Source of the DNA: Octopus sinensis
Lineage: Eukaryota
DNA length: 64,000 bases
Assembly (NCBI RefSeq): GCF_006345805.1
Contig: NC_043004.1
Span: 39,804,001-39,868,000, forward strand
Reading direction: 5' to 3'
Numbering within the stretch: position 1 is the first letter of the stretch; each line of letters opens with the position of its first letter. Positions 26,980-38,524 of the stretch are shown piece after piece. Made by a program: the position numbers and the translations under genes. The notes below the pieces were generated by a model. That model was not told the DNA's origin, made no database searches, and saw nothing but the letters and a program-made list of their open reading frames with translations.

Positions 26980-27215
26980 AAAAGCGTGAAAAAACTATAG
27001 AAGGCTTGTCTTATAAGGTTAAAGAATATATTTAAGTCGTTATGTTAGAAAAATGTTATAGAATTTTGTGTATAGTAACATAGTTTACACGAAACCGGTT
27101 ATTTCTCCAAAAACTGTTACTAAACACAAAATTTTATAACATTTTTCTAACATAACGACTTAAATATATTCTTTAACCTTATAAAACAAGCCTTCTGCAG
27201 TTTTTTCACTCTTTT
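26980..27215. repeat. Fold-back repeat (~105-bp arms) related to a Penelope-like 3' region
   Basis: Arms 26980-27086 / 27111-27215; right arm matches 40957-41033 downstream of the GIY-YIG relic. Confidence 0.85.
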
Positions 27216-27217
27216 CT

Positions 27218-27280
<63 letters not shown>

Positions 27281-27315
27281 TATATATATACTTTATTAAA
27301 AAGCAGCAAAAATAT

Positions 27316-27368
27316 CACAAAAACTGTTACTCAGAGTTTCACGTTCCCGTTTGTCGGACAGTTTTGTG
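27316..27368 (-). ncRNA. Degenerate type I hammerhead motif
   Basis: CACAAAACTGT CCGACAA ACG-GGAA-CGT GAAA CTC-T-GAG T A ACAGTTTTTGTG: 11-bp stem I with one bulge, core altered at U4 and G8; related copy at 42042-42093 (+). Confidence 0.55.
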
Positions 27369-27381
27369 TAGAATATATATA

Positions 27382-28672
27382 CGAGGGACGTTCAATAAGT
27401 AATGCCTCTGACCCACTTGCATTTGTTTGATCTAGCTGAAATTTTGCATGTGCAATTATTTATATATCTATAGAGTAAGTGGCAAATTACAGCTCTGAAT
27501 TAATTGTGGTTTCTGATTTACAGGTGTTTGAACCGAGTCAAGTGTGAAATGGAGCCTGTTGAGTGTCGAGCAGTGATCCGGTTTTTGTATTTGAAAGGAC
27601 GCACACCACGGCAGACTTTTGATGAAATGAAAGTAACTTATGGTGATGATGCCCCATCATATGACCTTGTAAAACGCTGGCATCGTGAATTCAAACATGG
27701 TCGGAACTCTGTGGAAACAGCTCCCAGATCTGGTCGCCCCCTTCTGCCATTGATGAGGCATCTGTCTGTCAAGTTGAGGCTGCCATTTTGGAAGATCGAT
27801 GCATAATTATTTGCCAAATAGCCCATGAGGTCAAGATTAGTACCGGGTCTGTGGAAACTATCATTCATGACCATTTGCATATGCAAAAGGTGTCTGCCAG
27901 ATGGATTCCCAGGTTGCTCACGCCTTTCCAGAAGCAAGAACGCGTCGAGTGCTCGAGAGTGAATTTGGAGATGTGCCAAGAAGATGAGTCAAAATTTTTC
28001 AAAAGACTGATTAAACAGGATGAAACCTGGGTCCATCACGATGATCCAGAGACCAAAGCCCAGTCAATGCAGTGGAAGCACCGTGACTCACCCCCTCCAA
28101 AGAAGGCAAGGATGCAGCCCTCCGCTGGCAAGGTCATGCTCACAGTCTTCTGGGACCAGGACGGAGTAGTGATGACAGATTTCCTGGCAAAGGGTACCAC
28201 AATTGCAGGAGCCTATTATGCTTCACTTTTGAGGAAATTAAGAGAAGTTATCAAAATCAAGAGGCGGGGCAAGATCAGCAAAGGCATCCTCCTCCTGCAG
28301 GACAACGCTCCGGTCCACAACTTGCTTGTCGCCAGATCAGAAGCACAGGCGTATGGCTATGAACTCCTCCCCATCCCACCTACTTTCCTGACCTTGCACC
28401 GTCTGATTTTCACCTCTTCCCAATCATGAAGTTGTTTTTGAAAGGAAAGCGTTTCCCAGATGATGCAACCTTGATTTCTGAAGTCACGTTGAGGTTGGAG
28501 GACCAAGCTGGGTTCTTCTACAAAAACGGTCTCTAGAGCCGCATCAAACGATGGGAGAAATTCGTAACTCTGGGTGGTTCCTATGTAGAAAAAGACTAAT
28601 AACTGTGCCAAGTTTCGTTGCTCTACTGCTATGGGAAGTGGGTCAGGGGCATTACTTATTGAACGCCCCTCG
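27382..28672 (+). mobile_element. Full-length mariner transposon, 1291 bp, TA TSD
   Basis: TIRs CGAGGG(A/G)CGTTCAATAAGTAATGCC(T/C)CTGACCCACTT at both ends, each flanked by TA. Confidence 0.97.
27549..28599 (+). pseudogene. Mariner transposase (DD34D), two frameshifts and a premature stop
   Basis: MEPVECRAVIRFL...PRSGRP; WIPRLL; QDETW; QDNAP + 34 residues to D in PDLAPSDFHLF; frameshifts near 27740 and 28375; TAG near 28535. Confidence 0.95.
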
Positions 28673-28935
28673 TACGGCAATAAGAAAATGGAGGAGATCA
28701 AGAGGTGGTATTCACCAACTTTTAGACATTATATTATGTCTATTTATTTATTTAAAAAAAAACAATTATAACAATATACATACATGTATAACATACTATG
28801 CTTTACATATATAAAAATACCAGTAATTATTAAACTATATAACATAGAACATAGAAAGTAGGATAGTTTCTTGCAGTATATAATATAATATAATATAATA
28901 TAATATAATATAATATAATATAATATAATATAAAA

Positions 28936-29446
28936 TCCGTTCTTCTAGGACCTCGGGCATCTTCCATCCGATTGCGCTCAATTTTGATATCTAGATACTG
29001 ATGGTATCAGGGCGTATATAAGTCTTGAAAAAATTACAAAAATCGATTCCCGGTGAGAATGCGATCGACAAAGCCGTGGGAACGTGCACTTGTACGCGCA
29101 AGTATATCAGCTGTTGCGATCGATACTACGCGTACTTGAGAAACATGGACGTGCAGTTTGCGCAAAAAAAGCCGGCTGGCTTGAAATAATGCCACAAAAT
29201 GCAGCATATTTAAGAGACCCAAAAAGTAAGATGTAAAAGAGATATTTTCTTCAAACTTGGCATGAAGGAAGGAAAAACTATTTGGTTTCTCAAGATGTTT
29301 ATTTTGCTTGAATTCGTTTAACAAAACCAAAAATTTATTGAAATAAAGGCATGCTTAATTATATTTTAATGAAAAGAAAACACTGATTGTTTTTTATTCA
29401 GTAGATATGATTCAGCACCGTCCATTGGACGGGGTGCGTTTTGCTC

Positions 29447-29447
<1 letters not shown>
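28936..29447 (+). mobile_element. Candidate non-autonomous Helitron
   Basis: A|TC start; GC-rich hairpin GCACCGTCC-ATT-GGACGGGGTGC just before CTCG|T end; no TIR or TSD; microsatellite flanks. Confidence 0.45.
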
Positions 29448-29511
<64 letters not shown>

Positions 29512-29706
29512 CATAATTTTATAATCAATAAACAATTATAATAGAGGGTACACTAAGAAACAACTTGCTAGAAATAATAGTTAAAATACTCAAACAAGCC
29601 ACTAAATCACTGAAAATCATAGCAGACCAACAGAAATCGGGCAAACGAACTAAGAAAAGTCAACATTTTAACTCAGCTGAAAGCTGTAGAATTAGGTAAT
29701 AGATAT

Positions 29707-29759
29707 ACCTGGATCATGGTTTCAAGTTCTGGATTACTCCTCAATTCTCTTCAGCAGGT
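29707..29759 (-). ncRNA. Degenerate type I hammerhead motif
   Basis: ACCTG CTGAAGA [GAATTGAGGA-GTAA-TCCAGAACTT] GAAA CCATGA TC CAGGT: 5-bp stem I, intact core, mutated stems II and III. Confidence 0.55.
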
Positions 29760-30224
29760 CGTACTAAATACCTAGTGTTTGCTGTATTTGAAACGAACTT
29801 GACTGGAGTTTGAAAAATCGCTCCTTTTTTATGGCGAAGATCTGGTTCAAATTGCCATCAGTTATGTTACAGATTGGTTCGTCGATTAGGATAATGAGGC
29901 CGTATAAAAGACATTTGCGCTTGAAGTGAAACTTGTGTTTGTTTAATGATTGGGTCACTTGACAGCAAGTATTATAAATGTGAATTACGTCCGCGTATTA
30001 GGTTACGTGATAGCATGATCGCTAATTGCGCTAAAATTTAAGGTAGTGACAAGCCAATGAATGTGATATGTGATAGTGTGAACAGGTTGCCAGAAGAACT
30101 AAAAATAGAGAAATAGATTATTTCTTTCATGCGAATGACACTAAGTATTTGTATGAATACATATATACAGTCATCTATGAGTTTACGAGTGAGAATATAC
30201 GCTGTTAATATATTCTTTTCTATT

Positions 30225-30795
30225 CTAGGTACAGGGCTCGGAATTTGGGGAAAGGGGCCGGTCACTTAGATCGACTCCAGTACGCAACTGGTACTTAATT
30301 TATCGACCCCGAAAGGATGAAAGGCAAAGTCGACCTCGGCGGAATTTGAACTCAGAACGTAAAGACAGACGAAATACCTATTTTTATACTACCAACAATG
30401 GGTTAAACATAGAGGGGACAAACAAGGACAGACAAACGGATAAAGTCGATTATATCGACCCCAGTGCGTAACTGGTACTTATTTAATCGAGCCCGAAAGA
30501 ATGAAAGGCAAAGTCAACCTCGGCGGAATTTGAACTCAGAACGTAAAGACAGACGAAATACCTGTTTCTTTATTACCCACAAGGGGCTAAGCATAGAGAG
30601 GACAAACAAGGACAGACAAACGGATTAAGTCGATTATATCGACCCCAGTGCGTAACTGGTACTTATTTAATCGAGCCCGAAAGAATGAAAGGCAAAGTAG
30701 ACCTCGGCGGAATTTGAACTCAGAACGTAACGGCAGAGGAATTACCACTACGCATTTCGCTCGGCGTGCTAACGTTTCTGCCAGCTCGCCGCCTT
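30225..30795 (-). repeat. Head-to-tail multimer of SINE family B (184-bp period)
   Basis: GAACTCAGAACG at 30348, 30532, 30716. Confidence 0.9.
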
Positions 30796-31904
30796 AAGTT
30801 GTTAACATATTAATATAAGGTCTGTGTCCAATGCTGTTATAACTGATTCAGATGTGCTTCAATAATTTTAATAAATATATTTATTGCTCTGTATTTGATC
30901 TGTGTTTTGACAAAAAAAATATATTGGGAAAACTAAAAATTTTGATGATTCTTTGGTTGCACAAAGATTAAATATTAACGTAGTGAAATCTGTCAAGTGA
31001 CGGGACGTCGTATTTAGTACCTAAGAATAGTGAGATTTTCTTCGGCGGATAAGTTTTGTTTCTTCTATGTAATCTTCGTTACATTCATTGCATTAAAAAG
31101 CGTAAATAAATTTTTTGACGAACTGGTGAAGTGAATTTATTTTCATTGACTATATGGCCTTATTTAAATTTATCTAATATAAAGACAGATAACATATATA
31201 CATACATATACATGTATACTTATATACATGCACATATAATCATATATGTAATCACAGACATGTGTGTACATATATGCTTGTTTATGAGACATATTTCATT
31301 ATATGTGTGTGGTGTGTGTATGTATGTATGTATGTATGTATGTATGTATGTATGTATGTATGTATGTATGTATGTCATTATTCAGTTTTATTTCAAGATT
31401 TTTGCCAGTAGGGAAAGAACCGGTTTCTACCCTAGATCCAAGGCTCCTTCCTTGGGATTTCAACATTAACAACTGGGTATTTTTGTTTGTCTGAATGTAT
31501 GTATGAATGTATGTATTTACATTTGTGTGTGTGTATATATATATATATATATTATATATATATATATATACATATACATATACAATACGTAAGATTAAAT
31601 GGTTATTAAATACACGTCCGCACAACGGAGTATGTATTTAAAAAATCACTCCACCGCTCAGCATACAAATAAGTCTCCACATTGAAGATAAATTCTAATT
31701 TGGGTTTGATTTAAATAATGATAAATTCTCTTCTTTCGCAGAGCAATGAGTGAGCCATTGTTCTTTGATAAGTAGTCAACCATCCAAGAAACACCTCACA
31801 ACAATCTCTTTTATATTTCTGTAAGAAAAAAGTATTAAGACATATTCTTCTTATTCACTTTTTGTCGTAGTTTAACTATGTTTTAACTGCAACCAGACGC
31901 ATGC

Positions 31905-32290
31905 GTGGGTGGCTGTGTGGCAAGAGCTTTACCCTAGAAGGCGACGAGTTGGCAGAAACGTTAGCACGCCGGGCGAAATGCTTAGCGGTATTTCGTCTGC
32001 CGTTACGTTCTGAGTTCAAATTCCGCCGAGGTCGACTTTGCCTTTCGTCCTTTCGGGGTCGATAAATTAAGTACCAGTTACGTACTGGGGTCGACGTAAT
32101 CGACTTAATCCCTTCGTCTGTCCTTGTTTGTCCCCTCTATGTTTAGCCCCTTGTGGGCAATTAAGACATAAGACGTTTCCCCTACAGCCACCCCGTTCGT
32201 GGTTCAGTTCTACTACGTGGTGCTAAGGGCAAAGCCTGGAGAGTGGATTTAATAGACGGAAACTGAAAGAAGATCGTTGTGTGTGTGTGT
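31905..32290 (+). mobile_element. SINE A interrupted by a SINE B insertion (~31938-32170)
   Basis: Family A head, then a complete family B copy, then family A body resumes. Confidence 0.7.
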
Positions 32291-32414
32291 GTGTGTGTGT
32301 AAATATATACATATAAGGATAACATAGTATAACAACATTTTAGTTTTTTTTTTGTCTTTGGTCAGTAAGTGTTATTTCCAATTTGCTTCTATTTAGAAAT
32401 CCAAAGAAATGACA

Positions 32415-32832
32415 GATCTTTTCGGTTTGAACGGCAGTTTTTTCTAGCGGTGTCATATGAAATTGTCACCCATAAATATGACCCTAGTATCGATCTATTG
32501 CATTTCAATCTGTTTTAGGGTTAGGGTTAGTTAGGGGTGAGGTGGGGGAAGGGTATCTTTTTTTTCTTCACAAATGTAAATAAACCCAATTTGTTTCTTA
32601 AACGAGGGACATACGGCACAGAATGCTTTTTAACTCAATAGACATCAGTGATTGGTTGAAATTGCAGAAATTGACGAAAAGAAACAACAAATATCTTACA
32701 AACTATAGAATTTTCTCAATAAAGCCAAGAGAAAAAGCTGTTTTATAAACACATTCTACCAGTATACGAAGTTTAAAATTTTTTTGTTACCTAGAAATTA
32801 TGTTAAAAACTGCCGTTCAAACCGAAAAGATC
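32415..32832. mobile_element. Non-autonomous TIR element, 28-bp TIR with GATC ends, internal TTAGGG repeats
   Basis: GATCTTTTCGGTTTGAACGGCAGTTTTT / AAAAACTGCCGTTCAAACCGAAAAGATC; second copy at 45659-46056. Confidence 0.9.
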
Positions 32833-33296
32833 CGAAATAATTATTATTTCCTTCAAACTTTGCTTTTGAACCTAACTTATTTTCCATTACATTTCAGACA
32901 GATTCAGCACTGAGTTACTGAAGCAGAAATATCGTTAAAGCAAATATTCTGCTCAATACCACAGATCTAGTAGTCAGACCATTATCACACGAATATGTCC
33001 CTTAGTGGGTGACAAGATGTTCTTCTTTGATCATGAGCAGGGGTAGTGGGAGAGGTATCATAGCCATGTATTAAGAGAAATTCTTTGAAGTTTGAGTAAA
33101 TGTAATAAAAACAAAAATTTGAAGGAAATATTAGCCCCTTTTCATACTTATTAGGGGTAAGCAAATAGGAAGTAACAGCTGTTCAGCCACATGCATATTA
33201 ACTTCAAGCGCAGGCTGTTCCGTTGATCGGATCAACTGGAACATTCGTCGTCGTAACCGACGGAGTGCCAGTAATCAGACAGATATTCTTACATAT

Positions 33297-33529
33297 TAAG
33301 GCGGCGAGCTGGCAGAACCGTTAGTACGCCGGACGAAATGCTTTGCGGTATTTCGTCCGCCGCTACGTTCTGAGTTCAAATTCCGCCGAGGTCGACTTTG
33401 CCTTTCATCCTTTCGGGGTCGATTAAATAAGTACCAGTTACGCACTGGGGTCGATATAATCGACTTAATTCATTTGTCTGTCCTTGTTTGTCCTCTCTGT
33501 GTTTAGCCCCTTGTGGGTAGAAAAGAAAT
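33297..33529 (+). mobile_element. Young SINE family B with 16-bp TSD
   Basis: AGATATTCTTACATAT at 33281-33296 and 33530-33545. Confidence 0.92.
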
Positions 33530-34203
33530 AGATATTCTTACATATATGCGTGTGTATATTTTCGTGCGGTGGTGGTGATGGAATTCTAATTGCGTTCTGT
33601 TTACCTTTATTTCATTCTCCAACTTTTCTACCTGTATACCCACATCCCTCTCTCAGAAGACCTCTTCCACAGTTTATTTTCATATATATTTAATTTTGAT
33701 ATGATTTAGTTTTTTTTGTTTTTTTGTTTTCTTTCAGGGACTTTCGTAATCATTAGATTTTTGCTATTTAATTTCAGATGTGGTGGGAATGTACATTTGC
33801 TGTTTTTGCTTTCTTTTTCCTTTGTTTTTCTGAACCCTTTTTTTTGGGTGGGGGGTTAACTATTTGTTCTTTTGTAGAGAGGAGGGGAGGGTGACCTCTT
33901 CCCGAATCACTATTTTATCATATTTATATGATTTTATTTGTATATGAATGGGTTTTTTTTTTTTGTTGTTTATGTGGATTAGATATCTTATGGGCTGGGG
34001 TTAAAGAAAGTGGGGCCTAATCCTTGAAGAATTAATGCCTTTACACTGCTCAACCTTCCGTCAAACTTTCAGAAATAATTTCTTGCGGGGAGTTTTTTAT
34101 CACTAAAATTTCCAATGTCTAGCACATACACACACACAAACACACACACACACACATACGCTTATACATATCCACACAGGATGTATCTAAATATGCATGT
34201 GCG

Positions 34204-34244
<41 letters not shown>

Positions 34245-34245
34245 G

Positions 34246-34286
<41 letters not shown>

Positions 34287-34287
<1 letters not shown>

Positions 34288-34381
34288 TCAAATAAGCAAC
34301 AAGAATGACGTCGGTAATTTGGTACGATCGTTTCATGCTACATCATTTAAGTACCATATTCATTTGAATCTAATTTTGCTG

Positions 34382-34384
<3 letters not shown>
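34287..34384. repeat. Internally deleted copy of the 20.66-kb fold-back element
   Basis: First arm start joined directly to the AAGTACCATATTCATTTGAATCT tail; flanked by (TA)n. Confidence 0.85.
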
Positions 34385-34426
<42 letters not shown>

Positions 34427-34910
34427 TATGCACACACATACACACACACACACCCCAAAACCACACACATAGATACATATATATAATAATATTATAATAA
34501 TAAGAAGAAGAAGAAGAAGAAGAAGGAGGAGGAGGAGGAGGAGGAGAAGAAGAAGAAGAAGAAGAAGAAAAGAAGAAGAAGAAGAAGAAAAAGACATATA
34601 TATACACAAACACACACATGCATATATGGGTGTGTATATTTTGTTGTCGACGCCGTCGTCCCGCGCACGAATACACAAGCAAAAGTGAACACACGAAAGT
34701 ACACATAGCTGATCAAGCGTGTAAACATACACTTCGGTGCCTCTATACATGTCTGTATACATATATAAATGTGAATATACATATTATACATACATACATA
34801 TATATATATATATGTACATATATATACATATATATGTATATGTATATGTATGTATGCATATGTATATATATATATGTCTGTGTATGGGTACTATATATAT
34901 ATATATATAT

Positions 34911-35140
34911 ACATACATACATAGGTACTATTTAAAAAGAGTGGTCCCGGTGAGCGCACTCGCGTACTCGCGCATCCGCGCTAGCTAGTCGTGACTAGTC
35001 GATCCTACAACGGCTAGCTAGCAAAGTAAATAAAACACAAAAACACAAAGGATCGACTAGTCACGACTAGCTAGCGTGGATGCGCGAGTACGCGAGTGCG
35101 CGCACCGGGTCCACCCTTCTTAAATAGTACCTATGTATGT
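34911..35140. mobile_element. GC-rich MITE/fold-back, ~95-bp arms
   Basis: 34911-35006 is the near-exact reverse complement of 35049-35140; 42-nt A-rich spacer. Confidence 0.85.
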
Positions 35141-35215
35141 ATATATATATACATATACACACACATACATACACACGCATATATAATGTATATATATGTA
35201 TGTGTGTGCATGTAA

Positions 35216-35286
<71 letters not shown>

Positions 35287-35551
35287 TAGATAGATAGATA
35301 GATATGAGTGCGTGTGAGAATATATATATGTGAAAGGGGAATAGATGAGAGGGTGAGAGAGAGGTAGAGAGAAAGGACAAGAAAGAGAGAGAGAGGGGAG
35401 AGGAGTAATATAGTGTATTGTAAACAGTACCATACCTATACACATGGTAGAAGTATCTTATTATAAAACCAATTAATTGCACCACATCTGTTTTGATATG
35501 TTCAGTTCGTTTCCCCCGTGGTTTTGCCTCACACACCATATGGACACTATC

Positions 35552-35582
<31 letters not shown>

Positions 35583-35679
35583 TGAAAAGCAACTCTTTCA
35601 CTACAGCTTCCACCACTACTACTACTACCATTTTCGCCACCATCACCACCACCGTGAACAGTAACAACAGTGAAAATCC

Positions 35680-36383
35680 TTTCTATTCAACTAGTACTTG
35701 GTTTATCGACCCCGAAAGGATAAAAAGTAAAACTGATCTTGGTGGAATTTGAACTCAGAACGTAAAGACAGACGAAATTCCTTATTTCTTTACTACCCAC
35801 AAGGGGCTAAACACAGAGAGGACAAACAAGGACAGACAAACGGATTAAGTCGATTACATCGACCCCAGTGCGTAACTGGTACTTATTTAGTCGACCCCGA
35901 AAGGATGACAGGCAAAGTCGACCTCGGCAGAATTTGAACTCAGAACGTAACGGCAGACGAAATACCTATTTCTTTATTACCCACAAGGGGCTACACACAG
36001 AGGGGACAAACAAGGACAGACATAGGTATTAAGTCGATTACATCGACCCCAGTGCGTAACTGGTACTTATTTAGTCGACCCCGAAAGGATGAAAGGCAAA
36101 GTCGACCTCGGCAGAATTTGAACTCAGAACGTAACGGCAGACGAAATACCTATTTCTTTATTACCCACAAGGGGCTACACACAGAGGGGACAAACAAGGA
36201 CAGACATAGGTATTAAGTCGATTACATCGACCCCAGTGCGTAACTGGTACTTATTTAATCGACCCCGAAAGGATGAAAGGCAAAGTCGACCTCGGCGGAA
36301 TTTGAACTCAGAACGTAACGGCAGACAAAATACGGCTACGCATTTCGCCCGGCGTGCTAACGTTTCTGCCAGCTTGTCGCCTT
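35680..36383 (-). repeat. Head-to-tail multimer of SINE family B (184-185-bp period)
   Basis: GAACTCAGAACG at 35751, 35936, 36120, 36304; full head only at the 36304-36383 end. Confidence 0.92.
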
Positions 36384-36404
36384 AATTATAGTAATATAAC
36401 AATT

Positions 36405-38080
36405 CTTTCTACTCTCGGCACAAGGGCTGAAATTTAGAAGGAGTGGGCAAGTTGATTACATCGGCTCCAGCGCTCAACTGGTATTTATTTATGAAGCCTG
36501 AAAGAATGAAGGATAAAATCGACCTCGGCGGAATTTGAACTCAGAACGAAAAGTCAGAAGAGATGCAGAAGAATGTCGGGTATGCTAAGAGTTCTGTCAA
36601 CTCGCCGCCTTAATAACACAACAATATCGATTTCAAATTTTGGCACAAGGCCAGCAATTTCAGGGCAGAATATAAGTCGTTTACATGGACCCCAGTGTTC
36701 AACTGGTACATATTTCATCGACCATCGACCCGAAAGAATGAAAGGGCATCGGTGGTATTTGAACTCAGGGACGATATTGAAAGGTATAATTTTAAGGCAG
36801 CGAGCTGGCAGAAACGTTAGCACGCCGGGCGAAATGCGTAGCCGTATTTCGTCTGCCGTTATGTTCTGAGTTCAAATTCCTCCGAGGTCGACTTTGCCTT
36901 TCATCCTTTCGGGGCCGATAAATTAAGTACCAGTTCCGCACTGGGGTCGATATAATCGACTTTATCCGTTTGTCTGTCCTTGTTTGTCCCCTCTGTGTTT
37001 AGCCCCTTGTGGGTAGTAAAGAAATAGGTATTCGAACTCTAGACGTAAGTCGGAATAAATGACTTTAAGCATTTCGCCCAGAGTGCCAACGATTCTGCTA
37101 GCTCGCTGTCTTGATAACAACATTAATATGCTTTCTGCTATAGGCACAAGGTCTGAAATTTATGGGGAGGGGATTAATATAATAGCTTACTTATTCATGA
37201 CCAAGATAAGTTCATATGGCTTGTTTATAAGATCAAATATTCATGTTCTACATTATTCTTGCCAGTAATAGATGCCAAGATCTTTGCCAAAAAACGTATA
37301 GTACAGTACATCTATATACTTCAATGTTACTCAGCAGCAACTTTTCACCATCGATATACAGTATTCTAATCTACACAACAACAACAACAACAACAGCAAG
37401 AATAATAACAATATTAATAAAATATACAATAGTGTTAACACTCTTCATATTCTCATAACGGTTTTGTTTTTCTTTCCAAAAGAACAAGCAGCTGTGTTGC
37501 ACAATAATATTACTCTGTTATGGCTGCTCTAGGTGTCTAGTAGTCGCTCGGTAGTTATTTGTTACTTAGTCAATATCAATGATGATAACGATGATGATAA
37601 CGATGATGATGATGATGATGATGATGATGATAATAGCCCTTTGTATCATAGACGCAAAGCCTGAGGTTGCGGGTGGGAGCGTTACTCTATTACATCGACA
37701 CCAGTACTTGATTGGTGCTTATTTTATTGACCTCGAAAGGATGAAAGGCAAAGTCGACCTGCGCGGAATTTGAACTCAGAACGTAAAGACGGACGAAATG
37801 CTGCTAAGCATTTAGCCCGACGTGCTAATAATTCTGCTAGCTCACCGCCTTATTATTAATAATTAATAATAATAATCCTTTCTACTCTTGGCATAAAGCC
37901 TGAAATTCGGCGGGAGGAGATTAGTCAATTACATCGATCCTGGTGCTTCACTGGTACTTAATTTATCGACCCCGAAAGGATGAAAGGCAAAGTCAACCTC
38001 GGTGGAATTTGAACTCAGAGCGTAGCAGCAGACGAAATACCGCTAAGCTTTTCGCCCGGCGTGCTAACGATTCAGTAAGC
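36405..38080. mobile_element. Cluster of old and young SINE B copies in both orientations
   Basis: Copies at ~36405-36610(-), 36630-36770(-), 36795-37030(+), 37640-37850(-), 37875-38080(-). Confidence 0.8.
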
Positions 38081-38141
38081 TAGCCGTCTTCATAACAACA
38101 CCAATATCAACATCTCTAGCGTGCCAATGTAAAAAAAAGAA

Positions 38142-38185
<44 letters not shown>

Positions 38186-38524
38186 TTACGATGAAAGTAA
38201 ACAAAGTTTTGCTTTAGAAGTGTTGAGATGTATTGAAAGATACAGGCATAATTTATTTTCAAACGCATGATAATGCTAATACAATAGCATGAGCAACATA
38301 AAACTATCCGTATATTGCAGAAAAATTCGTTACTGGCCAGTCATGAGACTCGATTTCATATCCCTGTGATTACGCGTCAAATGCTTTACTTTTATGCTAA
38401 ACTGCCTAGTAACGAATTGTTCTGCAATTTCAGGATTTATAAATCTAGCTGGAAGTAAACAACGTTTGCTTTAGAAGCGTTGTGATAATACATCTCAACG
38501 CTTCTAAAGCAAACTGGATATCTT

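Noticed and set aside
32515-32535. TTAGGG repeats as an interstitial telomere
   Set aside because: Only two to three units and internal to a TIR element.
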